DNA of 64,000 nt from a virus (taxonomy: Duplodnaviria; Caudoviricetes): positions 40,465-104,464 of IMG/VR virus record IMGVR_UViG_2816332268_000002; one strand, 5' to 3'. The translations under genes were made by a program, and so were the position numbers. Of the stretch, positions 27,717-37,290 are shown piece by piece; within the stretch, counting starts at the first letter, position 1, and the number at the start of each line of letters is the position of its first letter. The notes below the pieces were generated by a model. That model searched no databases. It was not told the DNA's origin and was given only the letters and a program-made list of their open reading frames with translations.

Positions 27717-27725
27717 GGACCGGCC

Positions 27726-28382
27726 ATGCTTGCCCACGCAGAAACGGGGGCGGCTACGGCCGCCCGCAGTGCCTACTACACCGACAACATCGGTCTTCTC
27801 CATAAGTTCGCGAAGAAGGGGTTCGGCCGACTCGCGGAAGCAGGTGTCTCGGTTGATTACGAGGACGTCTATCAGCAGATGACCGAAAGCCTCGTGCGCT
27901 GTATCTCCACCTTTGATCCGACCAAGGGCTGGAAATTCTCTGCCTACTTCGGTCAGTCGTGCTGGAACAACTTCAACAAGTGGGCCGAGCGCATGATCGA
28001 AGAGCGAACGAGACTCGGTCTGGTGAGCACCGAGGCGCTGGCAGGCGACGGGCTCGACGAGGGCGGTAGCGGCGACAGCTACGAGTTCCTCTCGTCCCAG
28101 GATGAAGAGGAAGACGCAGACACGCCCGAGAGCCTGCTCGAGCGTCGCCAGTCGCGGTTGGCAAACATTGCGATGCTCACCCCGAATGCGAAGCGCGTTG
28201 TGGCGTTGCTGCTGCACCAGACGCCCGAATTCATGGCGTTCTTCGAAGAGACGTGCGAGCGCATGGTGCTGCCGCCGAAGGACATCACGCTGCGCATGAT
28301 CTTTCGGTTCCTGAGCCTGAAGAAGTCGGAGTGCGATCGCGTCCGGGCCGAGCTCGAGCGCGTCTATGGGGTTGCGCTGTAA
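27726..28382 (+). CDS. Sigma-70-like factor (region 2)
   Basis: NIGLLHKFAKK...EDVYQ....LVRCISTFDPTKGWKFSAY matches sigma regions 2.1-2.3. Confidence 0.75.
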   Translation: MLAHAETGAATAARSAYYTDNIGLLHKFAKKGFGRLAEAGVSVDYEDVYQQMTESLVRCISTFDPTKGWKFSAYFGQSCWNNFNKWAERMIEERTRLGLVSTEALAGDGLDEGGSGDSYEFLSSQDEEEDADTPESLLERRQSRLANIAMLTPNAKRVVALLLHQTPEFMAFFEETCERMVLPPKDITLRMIFRFLSLKKSECDRVRAELERVYGVAL

Positions 28383-29005
28383 TGGCTTCGCCGAGCTGCT
28401 ACGGTTTGCCGTCGGTTTTCGTCGCTGAATCCAAGACGTGTTCCGCATGCGGTGAGAAGGGCGGTTGCGTGTCCGCTTGTCACGGGATGCTCATGTCCCT
28501 GGCGAAGAAGATGGACGTCACGACGAACCTCGCATACCTGGAACGCACGGCAAAAGTCGTAACTGCTCAGTCGACACCCGCATCGAACCCGATGACAACG
28601 ATCGCGGCGCCCGCGATGGCGTCGCTCAAAGTCAATCTCACGATGGGTGCACGGGAAGAAGCTCTGCTCGCCTCTGTCCCGGTGCGCGTCGCCAAGGTGT
28701 TGAAGCCGATGCTCAAGCGCGGCTTGGACGCGCGGGCGCGCTACCGGGTCGCGAACGGCGAGAACCCCTTCGGCAACGGGAGCGCACCGTGGCTGCGGCT
28801 CGCGGGCGACATGCTGCTCGCCGGCGGGTTCACCAAAGCAAAGCTGCGCGCGGAGTATGTCCGCGTTTATGGTTGGTCCGAGGGCACCGCGTTTTCGCGC
28901 GTGTCGATTGTGGTGGCGCTTTTCCCTGCGCTCGGTATCGCGCGACTGGCGGGTGACCGCATCGTGTGCGCGCCGGGCGCGGTCGGGAAAACTGCTGTTT
29001 GTTAA
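28382..29005 (+). CDS. Hypothetical protein with a Cys-rich N-terminus
   Basis: TAATG overlap; CYG...C..C....C motif. Confidence 0.65.
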   Translation: MASPSCYGLPSVFVAESKTCSACGEKGGCVSACHGMLMSLAKKMDVTTNLAYLERTAKVVTAQSTPASNPMTTIAAPAMASLKVNLTMGAREEALLASVPVRVAKVLKPMLKRGLDARARYRVANGENPFGNGSAPWLRLAGDMLLAGGFTKAKLRAEYVRVYGWSEGTAFSRVSIVVALFPALGIARLAGDRIVCAPGAVGKTAVC

Positions 29006-29020
29006 CCAGGAACCCTTTAT

Positions 29021-32000
29021 ATGAGTGTATCAACGAGTCTGCAACGGCACTTTCTGAATGCGCGATCCGACTTCTCGATGGGGCAGTCGATCCTGCAGGT
29101 CGACAAGATGGTGGATCGCGCAAAGGAGCTGGGCTACGCCTCGCTCGCGCTGGTCGACACCATGACCGTTTCCAACATGGTCACCTTCGCCGGCAAGGCG
29201 CAGAAAGCGGGAGTCAAGCCGATCATCGGCTGCACGCTGCGCGTCTACGAGGATCCGACCTACCGCAAGCCCGCGAAGTCGAGCGGTGAGGCTGAAAAGC
29301 CCAACCCGTTCTTCATGGTGAAAGCCTATGTGAAGAACGACAACGGCATGCGCAGCCTCATGAAGCTGCTGTCGAAGGCCAACAGCGCGGAATACTTCTA
29401 CTACCACTCGCGTATCGGCTTGCACGAGCTCTACGAGCTCGAGGACTGCATCATTTCGACTGGCGACTTCTACGGGCTGTTCCATTACCCGAAATACGAG
29501 GAAGTGTTGGTCGACCTGTTTCGCCGCATGCCGGTGTTCGTGGAGCTCGTGCCGCTCAACACGCCGCTGTATCGCACGATCAACCAGCGCGCGACGGAAA
29601 TGATCAACAAGCACGGGATGAGCGCGATTCTGTCTTGGCCCGCGCTCTACCCGAACGAAGAGCACGCCGACACGCTCGATGTTATGCGAGTCATCATCGA
29701 GGCGCGGGACGTCAAGATGGGCGATCGCCGCGTCATGCGGCCGCATGCCCGTGACTTCTGCATGAAGCCGATGACGGATATCGTCGTTGCCGCGCGGGAT
29801 CTGGACCTTCCGGTGATGCACGCGATGAAGGGCAACCAGGAGCTCGCCGATGCCTGCACTTACGAGTTCAAGAAGCTGGATCCGTGTCTGCCCAAGATGG
29901 CCGACGACGAGTTCAAGGCGCTGATGGAGGCATGCGCGGTGGGCTGGCGGCAGCGATTCTCTGCGCCGGTGCTGGGCCACAAGCCCGACGCGTCCGAGCT
30001 GCCAGCATACAAGCAACGGCTCGCGTATGAGCTCGATACCTTGCGCAAGCTGGGTTTTTCCGGCTACTTCTTGCTGACGCAGCATATCGTCCAGTGGGCG
30101 AAGCAGGCCGGCATCATCGTCGGGCCAGGCCGCGGTTCGGTGGGTGGCTCGCTCGTCGCGTATCTGATGGGTATCACCGACGTCGATCCTATTCGGTTCG
30201 ATCTGCTGTTCGAGCGCTTTATCAACCCGGAGCGTCTCGATTTGCCCGACGCCGACCTGGACTTCATGTCGAAGCGCCGTCACGAGGTCATTGAATACAT
30301 CGTGGAGCACTTCGGGCGAGAGAACGTCGCAGGCATTTCCAACTACAACACGCTGGGCGCAGCATCGTCGCTTCGTGATTGCGGGCGTGTCCATGACCTG
30401 TCGCCGTTCGACTATGCCTGCTCGAAGCAGATGGAAAGCACGCATGGAGTGTCCGCGTCGCTCGAAGAGTCGGCCGCGGTGGTCCCCGAGATCGACAAAT
30501 TCCGAAACAAGTTCCCCGAGGTCTGGAAGCACGCTGTGAACCTTGAGGGCGCAGCGCGCGGCCTCGGTCAGCACGCAGCGGGCGTCGTTGTGGCCGGTGA
30601 GCCGATCGTGAACCGCGCGGTCGTCGAAACCCGCACGGGCGGCCCGGTGTGCAATTGGGACAAGCGATCGGTCGAGGATTGGGGGTTGATCAAAATGGAC
30701 ATCTTGGGTTTGACGAACCTCGACGTCCTGAAGCTCGCGTCCGACTACATCAAGGAGCGTCACGGCAAGGCCATTGACCTGCTGAAGCTGTCGCTCGACG
30801 ACGCCAAGGTTATGAAGGCGTTCGGGCAGGGCGACACGACTGGCGTGTTCCAGTTCGAATCGCCCGGTATGCGTCGCATTCTGCGCGAAATGGCACTCGC
30901 CGGCGACGTCACGTTCGATGACTTGGTCGCAGCAGTCGCGCTGTATCGTCCGGGTCCGCTCGATGCCGGCCTGTGCGACGACTATATCGCCATCAAGCAG
31001 GGGAAGAAGCATCCGTATTACGAGCATCCGAACATGGCGCCCGCGCTGAAGGACACGTTCGGCGTGATCGTGTATCAGGAACAGGTGATGCAGGTCGCCC
31101 GCGACGTTGCCGGCTTCACGCTTGCCCAAGCAGACCACCTGCGGAAAGCAATGGGCAAGAAGGACAAGGAGAAGATGGCCGAAATGCGCGAGAAATTCGT
31201 GTCGGGCTGCGTCTCCGTGTCCGGCATGGACGAGCGCGCCGCAGGAATGCTCTGGGACAAAATCGAGGTCTTCGCCGGCTATGCCTTCAACAAATCGCAC
31301 TCCGTAGAGTATGCGGTGATCTCGTTCTGGACGATGTGGCTCAAGGTCTACTTCCCGGCGGAGTTCTTCGCCGCGTCGCTGACGGAGCTCGACAAGGAAG
31401 AAAAGCGCGAGTTGCTGGTGACCGAGGCCCGCCGGATGAACATTCACGTCCTGCCGCCGGATATCAATCATTCGAGCGCGCGTGTCGAGATCGTCGGAGA
31501 AGACAAGCTGTATGCGCCGTTTCAGGCGCTCAAGGGCATGTCGGAGAATGCAGCAGGCTATGTCGTCGACGCGCGCGCGAAGTGGGGGCGGCCGTTCGAG
31601 AACCGCACCGACTTTGATGCGGCGCTGAAGTCTGCCGGCTATACCGGCCGGCACATCAACTCCGCGGTGAAGGAGAAGCTCGCGCGCATCGGTGCGTTCG
31701 CTGAGTGCGAAGGCGATCGCGTAACGGCTATGCACCCTGACCGGCAGAAAGACCGAATTGAGCTCTTGCCGGGTTTTGCGGTCGAAACTGTGAAAGCTGA
31801 CCGCGCGCTGAACGCCGAGAAGCTCGCCCTGCTGCAAATCGTGCGGCTCGCTGAGGAAACACGCAGCTGCGATAAATGCTCGCTGTCGGGCGGTTGCCAC
31901 CCGATGCCGCGCGTGGGTAAGACGCCGAAGTTCATGGTGGTCGCCGACAACCCGAACTGGCAGGAGGAAAAGGCGGGCAAGTTGCTCGAGGGCGACAACG

Positions 32001-32380
32001 CGGCGATGCTCATCAACGCACTGAAGGAGGCAGGGCTGTCGCCGCAGGACGGCTACTTCACGGCGCTGGTGAAGAGCGGCAAGCCGAAGGACCACAAGAC
32101 GCTCAAGAACGAGCAGATCAATGCCTGCAGTGAATTCCTGCAGCGTGAGCTCGACATCCTGAAACCGCCCGTTATCGTGACGCTCGGGAGCAATTCAGCG
32201 CGATTCTTCGCGCCGAGCGTGAAGGGGGCAACCGCCGAGCTCGCAGGGAAGGTCGTGTATGACCCGAAGCGCGATGCGTCGATCGTGTTCGGCATCAACC
32301 CGGCGCAGATCTATCACGATCCGGGCAAGTATTCCGTATTGCAAACCGTGGCGGCGAAAACCGCCGAACTTATCTCGTAA
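29021..32380 (+). CDS. dnaE: DNA polymerase III alpha subunit with a C-terminal UDG family-4-like domain
   Basis: GPGRGS; FERFINPER..LPDADLDF; KMDILGL; FAGYAFNKSH; LPPDIN; C-terminal CxxC...UDG-like fold. Confidence 0.95.
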   Translation: MSVSTSLQRHFLNARSDFSMGQSILQVDKMVDRAKELGYASLALVDTMTVSNMVTFAGKAQKAGVKPIIGCTLRVYEDPTYRKPAKSSGEAEKPNPFFMVKAYVKNDNGMRSLMKLLSKANSAEYFYYHSRIGLHELYELEDCIISTGDFYGLFHYPKYEEVLVDLFRRMPVFVELVPLNTPLYRTINQRATEMINKHGMSAILSWPALYPNEEHADTLDVMRVIIEARDVKMGDRRVMRPHARDFCMKPMTDIVVAARDLDLPVMHAMKGNQELADACTYEFKKLDPCLPKMADDEFKALMEACAVGWRQRFSAPVLGHKPDASELPAYKQRLAYELDTLRKLGFSGYFLLTQHIVQWAKQAGIIVGPGRGSVGGSLVAYLMGITDVDPIRFDLLFERFINPERLDLPDADLDFMSKRRHEVIEYIVEHFGRENVAGISNYNTLGAASSLRDCGRVHDLSPFDYACSKQMESTHGVSASLEESAAVVPEIDKFRNKFPEVWKHAVNLEGAARGLGQHAAGVVVAGEPIVNRAVVETRTGGPVCNWDKRSVEDWGLIKMDILGLTNLDVLKLASDYIKERHGKAIDLLKLSLDDAKVMKAFGQGDTTGVFQFESPGMRRILREMALAGDVTFDDLVAAVALYRPGPLDAGLCDDYIAIKQGKKHPYYEHPNMAPALKDTFGVIVYQEQVMQVARDVAGFTLAQADHLRKAMGKKDKEKMAEMREKFVSGCVSVSGMDERAAGMLWDKIEVFAGYAFNKSHSVEYAVISFWTMWLKVYFPAEFFAASLTELDKEEKRELLVTEARRMNIHVLPPDINHSSARVEIVGEDKLYAPFQALKGMSENAAGYVVDARAKWGRPFENRTDFDAALKSAGYTGRHINSAVKEKLARIGAFAECEGDRVTAMHPDRQKDRIELLPGFAVETVKADRALNAEKLALLQIVRLAEETRSCDKCSLSGGCHPMPRVGKTPKFMVVADNPNWQEEKAGKLLEGDNAAMLINALKEAGLSPQDGYFTALVKSGKPKDHKTLKNEQINACSEFLQRELDILKPPVIVTLGSNSARFFAPSVKGATAELAGKVVYDPKRDASIVFGINPAQIYHDPGKYSVLQTVAAKTAELIS

Positions 32381-32394
32381 CAGAAGGAACGATC

Positions 32395-33036
32395 ATGACT
32401 CAGACCGCCGCAATGACCGTCAATCAGATGGCGCAGATGGTGGGCAATATCGACAAGCCGGCCGTCGAAGGTGCTGTCGAACAACTGGCTCCGGCTGCGC
32501 CCGTGCCGGCAGACCAACCGAACGAACATGGACTGCGCGTGTTCGTCGACGCGGGTCAGCTCAAGAAGGACCTTCAGGTCAACCCTAACGACCTGGACGA
32601 TGCCGTCACCAGTCAGGCGCCGATGTTCGTGCATTACGCGCAGCAGGCAGCGTTGGCGAGGCGCCAGTGGGAGAAGTGCAAGTTGGCAGCCGACGTGATG
32701 GAGTCGACGCTCGATTCCGCGTGGCGCAAGAAGTTCGTTCTGGACGGCCAGAAGGCGACCGAGAAGATGGTCGAGAACGCGGTGAAGTCCGATCCGCGCA
32801 TGATTGCGGCCCAAACCAAGGTGATCGAGGCCCGCGCGCTCTACGACATAGCGAACGATGCCCGAGAAGCCTACATGCAGCGCAAGGACATGATCGTGCA
32901 GGTATCGGTGGATCGCCGGCGCGAGCGCGAGGGCCAGCTGCGGATCATGCAGGCGCGTGAAGCCGACAACGCGACGACCAGCGCTCGCGACCGCGCGCTC
33001 GCCGCAGAGCAGGCTCGGATGCAGCAAGCATCCTAA
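32395..33036 (+). CDS. UvsY-like recombination mediator (putative)
   Basis: LKKDLQVN..DLD...VKSDP....A.EA..QR..MI pattern parallels T4 UvsY; adjacent to the SSB. Confidence 0.55.
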   Translation: MTQTAAMTVNQMAQMVGNIDKPAVEGAVEQLAPAAPVPADQPNEHGLRVFVDAGQLKKDLQVNPNDLDDAVTSQAPMFVHYAQQAALARRQWEKCKLAADVMESTLDSAWRKKFVLDGQKATEKMVENAVKSDPRMIAAQTKVIEARALYDIANDAREAYMQRKDMIVQVSVDRRREREGQLRIMQAREADNATTSARDRALAAEQARMQQAS

Positions 33037-33062
33037 TGGATGTCTTCGTTTTAACCTCTAAA

Positions 33063-33084
33063 GTAAGTCACAACTGACTATAAT
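33063..33084. promoter_or_regulatory. Palindromic site plus TATAAT before ssb
   Basis: GTAAGTCA-caac-TGACTATAAT. Confidence 0.8.
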
Positions 33085-33180
33085 TGTGATGTGAGATGGG
33101 CAGATTAAAACTCCGCCCGTCAATCAAACTGTTCGTAACTTCCGACTTAACTGTCACTGAAACTGTTCAAGGAAACTTGC

Positions 33181-34143
33181 ATGAGCACCGCAGCACTGAT
33201 GGAACTCCTCCAAAAGCGTAAGGCCGAGACGGGTGGTCAAAAGACCATCAAGCCGAAGGCCGGTCGCAACCGTTACCGCATCCTGCCCGGTTGGCGCGGG
33301 AACGGTGATCCGCTCTTCTATCACGACTTCGGTCAGCACTTCATCAAGGATGCTGCGGGCCAGGTGAAGGCGGTTTACATCTGCACGGATCGCACGTTCG
33401 GTCGCCCGTGCGAGGTGTGCGATGCAGTCGCGACCGCGATGGCGTCGACGACGGACGACGTGACGAAGAAGCGCATCGAAGAATCGAAGGCAAGCGGCCG
33501 CGTGCTGCTGAACGTCCTCGAACTCGACGGCACGAACGCCGGCGTGCCGCAGATCCTCGAAATCCCGCCGACCGTGTTCAACGGCAACAAGGGCGTGGGC
33601 GGCATCATCAGCCTGTTCGACGAGTGGCCGAACCTGCTGGATCCGAACACGGGCTGCGACATCATCATCGAGAAGTCGGGCGCCGGTAAGGACACCCGCT
33701 ACGGTGTGCAGGTTGCGGGCGGTTCGAAGCCGGTTCCGGCAGACGCGCTGACGAAGCTGAACAACCTGGACGACTTCGTGAAGCAGGAAAGCGAAGCGGC
33801 CGCACAGCGCGCACTGACGCAGGTTCGTGCGATCGCTGGTCTGCCGGCCCCGACGGGTGCGGCGCTGGGCTACTCGCCGGCCGCCATCGCGGCGAACCCG
33901 TATGCGGCACAGCCGGCACCGGCTGCGTGGGAGGTCGACGAGACGCAACTGATCGGCGGTGTGGGCGCTGCGGCCGCTCAACCGGCTGTCGCAGCCGTTG
34001 CGCAGCCCGCAGTCGCAGCAGCGGTGGTCCAGCCGGCAGTCGTCCAGCCGGCTGCAGCGGTTGCTCAACCGGCAGCACCGGCTGTTGCGGGCGCCTCGAC
34101 GGGCGACGCTGAGCTGGACGCACTTCTCGCCGGTCTGCAGTAA
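33181..34143 (+). CDS. T4 gp32-like single-stranded DNA-binding protein
   Basis: RILP...H...C......CEVC Zn motif; DP..G.DI.I.K; acidic tail DAELDALLAGL like the gp32 tail. Confidence 0.8.
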   Translation: MSTAALMELLQKRKAETGGQKTIKPKAGRNRYRILPGWRGNGDPLFYHDFGQHFIKDAAGQVKAVYICTDRTFGRPCEVCDAVATAMASTTDDVTKKRIEESKASGRVLLNVLELDGTNAGVPQILEIPPTVFNGNKGVGGIISLFDEWPNLLDPNTGCDIIIEKSGAGKDTRYGVQVAGGSKPVPADALTKLNNLDDFVKQESEAAAQRALTQVRAIAGLPAPTGAALGYSPAAIAANPYAAQPAPAAWEVDETQLIGGVGAAAAQPAVAAVAQPAVAAAVVQPAVVQPAAAVAQPAAPAVAGASTGDAELDALLAGLQ

Positions 34144-34164
34144 GCGGTAGGTAGGTCGAAACTT

Positions 34165-34192
34165 GCGGCGGGTCACAAGCCCGCCGCTTTTT
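34165..34192 (+). terminator. Intrinsic terminator
   Basis: GCGGCGGG..CCCGCCGC-TTTTT. Confidence 0.85.
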
Positions 34193-34208
34193 CATTCAGG
34201 GGTGAGAA

Positions 34209-35255
34209 GTGGCGAACACTGTTCTTATCGACGCCAACTCGATCGGTCGTGCTGCGCATGCAGCGACCAAGCTGACAATCGGGCGGTTCCAGACCCAGGC
34301 GATTTACAACTTCCTGCGCACGATGTCGGCAGTGGGGCGTGAATACCGCGGCTGGAACTTGCTGGTTCTGTGGGACGGTCGCGCCGACCATCGATACGCG
34401 ATCTATCCCGACTACAAGGGCAAGCGCAAGGACGCCCTTGCCGACCCCGAGAAAGCAGCAGACCGCGCGGCCTATGACGCGCAAGTCCCGTTCATCAAGA
34501 AGTCGCTGGAGTATCTGGCGATCCCCCAAATGACGAATTCTGCGCTCGAGGCCGACGACCTGGCCGGCTACTTCGTGCCGCGCCTCACCGCGCGTGGGCA
34601 TGTCCAGCTCATCACGGGTGACTCGGACTGGCTTCAGCTGGTGAACGAGCGCTGCGCATGGTTCGATCCACGCAATGATGGGAAGCGCGTGACGCACCTG
34701 GACTTCTTCGAGAAAACAGGGTTCTTCAGCCCGCGCGAATACCTCGAAGGGAAGGCGCTGATCGGGGATACGTCCGACAGCATCACGCCGGCGGGTGGCA
34801 TCGGTGAGAAGGGCGCACCGGAGTTCATGGCTCAGTTCCGATCGATGGCCGAATTCTGGCGCCAGTGCGATGAGGGCGAGTTCGTTCCGCGCCTGAAGTC
34901 TCACAAGCGGCTCTGGCAGGGCACTTGCCCTTACACGAAGGAAGAGTGGGACGCGCAGTTTCAGGTCGATCCGGAATGGGACGAGAAGGCACTGAACCGG
35001 GCGCAGAAGAAGCATGCGGACGCCTGGCCCGGCCAAGCTCGGGCGAACTGGATTCGGAATATGCGTCTCATGAACCTCCTTGAGCAGCCGCATCCCGATC
35101 CGACGAAGACAACGATCACGCAGGGCGCGCTGAATGAAGAAGCGTTCCAAGCCCTGTGCGACAGGTTGGTGTTCGCGTCGATTCGACGTGAATACGGGCA
35201 TTTCATCGAACCGTTCCGCGAACGCTGGGCGGCACGACAGCAGCGGGCGGCGTAA
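34209..35255 (+). CDS. 5'-3' exonuclease / flap endonuclease (T4 RNase H-like)
   Basis: LIDAN; WDG; YPDYKGKR; EADD; TGDSD; LIGDTSD.I...GGIGEKGA. Confidence 0.92.
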   Translation: MANTVLIDANSIGRAAHAATKLTIGRFQTQAIYNFLRTMSAVGREYRGWNLLVLWDGRADHRYAIYPDYKGKRKDALADPEKAADRAAYDAQVPFIKKSLEYLAIPQMTNSALEADDLAGYFVPRLTARGHVQLITGDSDWLQLVNERCAWFDPRNDGKRVTHLDFFEKTGFFSPREYLEGKALIGDTSDSITPAGGIGEKGAPEFMAQFRSMAEFWRQCDEGEFVPRLKSHKRLWQGTCPYTKEEWDAQFQVDPEWDEKALNRAQKKHADAWPGQARANWIRNMRLMNLLEQPHPDPTKTTITQGALNEEAFQALCDRLVFASIRREYGHFIEPFRERWAARQQRAA

Positions 35256-35268
35256 AGGGGTTTCGACA

Positions 35269-35508
35269 GTGGAAGAGATTGTGATTCGAAAGGATGTTCC
35301 GATGCCGCAGCGAAAGGTGGTGTGGTCGAACTACCTGAAGCAGCTCGACGTGGGGCATTCGTTCCTGATACCCGACGACGTTGACTTCGAGAGGGCGAGC
35401 AGCGCGATCCGCGTAGCAGCACATCGCCTCGGTATCAGGGTGTCAATCCGAAAAGACGAAGAAGGCCGCACCGGAGTGTGGCGTGTTAAAGACGACAGCA
35501 AGGAGTAA
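35269..35508 (+). CDS. Small putative DNA-binding protein
   Basis: GTG start; I.KDVPMP....L.VG.SF....R.....GVWRV motif common in phages. Confidence 0.65.
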   Translation: MEEIVIRKDVPMPQRKVVWSNYLKQLDVGHSFLIPDDVDFERASSAIRVAAHRLGIRVSIRKDEEGRTGVWRVKDDSKE

Positions 35509-35511
35509 GAC

Positions 35512-36579
35512 ATGAGTTTGGCAGACGATCTGGCGAAGGCAATTCTGGGCGCGGTTGGCGAGAACGACGAAGAGCTGGAGGTTCCCGGCTACATCGACAC
35601 CGGCTATGAGCCGCTGAACGAGATCCTCTCGGGTAATCCGAAGGACGGCGGTATTCCGATGGGTCGCATCATCGAAATTTTCGGGCCGTCGAGCTCGGGC
35701 AAGACCTGGCTCGCCACGCAGATCATGCGCCGCTCGCAGGAAATGGGCGGCGTCGCGCTGTTCATGGATCACGAGCTCACGTTCCAGGTTCCGTTTGCGG
35801 TGCGCAGCGGCCTGAACGATCAGTTCCCGTTCTTCATCTACAAGCGTCCGGATACGTGGGAAGCGTCGAATACGATGGCGTTGCAAGCTGCTGAAGCGAT
35901 CCGCAAGAGCAAGAAGCTCGACCCGCTCGCGCCGATCGTGGTTGTGTTCGATTCGGTCGCCGCGATGATCCCGCAGTCCGTGTTCGAGAAGGGCATCACG
36001 GACTACAACATGAACGACACGACTGCGCTCGCCCGCGTGTCGTCCACGACGCTGAAGGCGATCAACCAGCAGGCGGCGAAGATGAACATCACGATCATCT
36101 ACCTGAACCAAATCCGCACGACGCCGGGTGTGGTGTATGGCGACCCGACGCGCACGCCGGGTGGTTCGGCGTTCGAGTTCTACGCGACCCACCGCCTCGC
36201 GCTCGGGAAGAAGTTCATCTATCAAAAGGTGGGCGGCAAGAACGAGATCGTCGGACAGCTGATGGGCATCGAAACCAAGAAGAACAAGCTGGCGCGTCCG
36301 CGTCAGGAGGTCGATCTTCGCCTGCAGTTCGAGGATGACGGCATGACGACGGTGAATCTGACGCTCTCCCTGATCGAGCACGCAATCGCGGTCGGAAAGC
36401 TCAAGAAGCTCACCACCGGTCGTGTCGAATGGGTCAACGGCAATAGCTACCCGCCGAAGCAGCTCGCCGAAATTATCGATACGGGCGGCCTGAAGCCGGT
36501 TCTGCTGCACATGCTGTATCCGAGCCACTACCCGGCGCCGGCCGCAGCACCGGCGGTTCCTGCACCGGCAGCAGCGTAA
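35512..36579 (+). CDS. recA: RecA/UvsX recombinase
   Basis: GRIIEIFGPSSSGKT; DSVAAM; NQIR; TPGG..F.FYA; KNK. Confidence 0.93.
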   Translation: MSLADDLAKAILGAVGENDEELEVPGYIDTGYEPLNEILSGNPKDGGIPMGRIIEIFGPSSSGKTWLATQIMRRSQEMGGVALFMDHELTFQVPFAVRSGLNDQFPFFIYKRPDTWEASNTMALQAAEAIRKSKKLDPLAPIVVVFDSVAAMIPQSVFEKGITDYNMNDTTALARVSSTTLKAINQQAAKMNITIIYLNQIRTTPGVVYGDPTRTPGGSAFEFYATHRLALGKKFIYQKVGGKNEIVGQLMGIETKKNKLARPRQEVDLRLQFEDDGMTTVNLTLSLIEHAIAVGKLKKLTTGRVEWVNGNSYPPKQLAEIIDTGGLKPVLLHMLYPSHYPAPAAAPAVPAPAAA

Positions 36580-36635
36580 AGCGCGGAGCGCCTCACTACA
36601 TTCAAGGTATCTCGAACCTGAATGAGTGAGGCGCT

Positions 36636-37040
36636 ATGAACCACCACGTAATCGAATTTGCGCCGCCGGCCGAAGGGCTCGACGGCGTTTTGCCGTTCAA
36701 CACCTTCCGCATCGGCAAGGTGTGGGCGACGCGCGTGAAGGACGGCGACACCGTCTACCTGATGGACAAAAGGAAGATGCTGATCTTCGGAAGCGCCATA
36801 GTCGGCGCCGTCTTCACGGGCAAGCTGCGCGAGCTCGCCGAAACGCACGCGGTATTCAACCACAACCAGATCGACAACCCCGACGTGGAGAGCGCACCCG
36901 CGCGTCTGATCGCGAACATGCAGAAGCGCTACGGGCCGCACATCGCCCACGACAATAAGCTCACCACCGTCATTTACCTGAGACGAATCGCTGATGAAAC
37001 CGAATATTCCGATCGCCCTTCCCGAAGGCTGGACTGCTGA
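36636..37040 (+). CDS. ASCH/PUA-like domain protein
   Basis: T.R.......GD.V.L......FG.A.V..V....L.E...HA....Y......TVI.L pattern. Confidence 0.55.
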   Translation: MNHHVIEFAPPAEGLDGVLPFNTFRIGKVWATRVKDGDTVYLMDKRKMLIFGSAIVGAVFTGKLRELAETHAVFNHNQIDNPDVESAPARLIANMQKRYGPHIAHDNKLTTVIYLRRIADETEYSDRPSRRLDC

Positions 37041-37290
37041 GCCTTACGGCACTGAGGACGCGATCATTCTTGTCGCGCCTGGCCGTGCCGGCTATGTCAC
37101 CGTGTCCGAAAAGCGTCGCAACTATATTCTCGGGATGGGCCTGCCGCGTCGCAGTGCGCTCGGCCCTGTCGCTTACGGTGGTCGCGGCTGGAGGCAGAAG
37201 CTGTTCACCACGGCAGTCGAGGCTCTGAAGCGAGGGCTCCAGAGCGCTGGCGAGAATGACGAAACGCGCCGAGCGCTGTATGGCGGGTGA
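36994..37290 (+). CDS. Hypothetical protein
   Basis: ORF in operon. Confidence 0.55.
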   Translation: MKPNIPIALPEGWTAEPYGTEDAIILVAPGRAGYVTVSEKRRNYILGMGLPRRSALGPVAYGGRGWRQKLFTTAVEALKRGLQSAGENDETRRALYGG

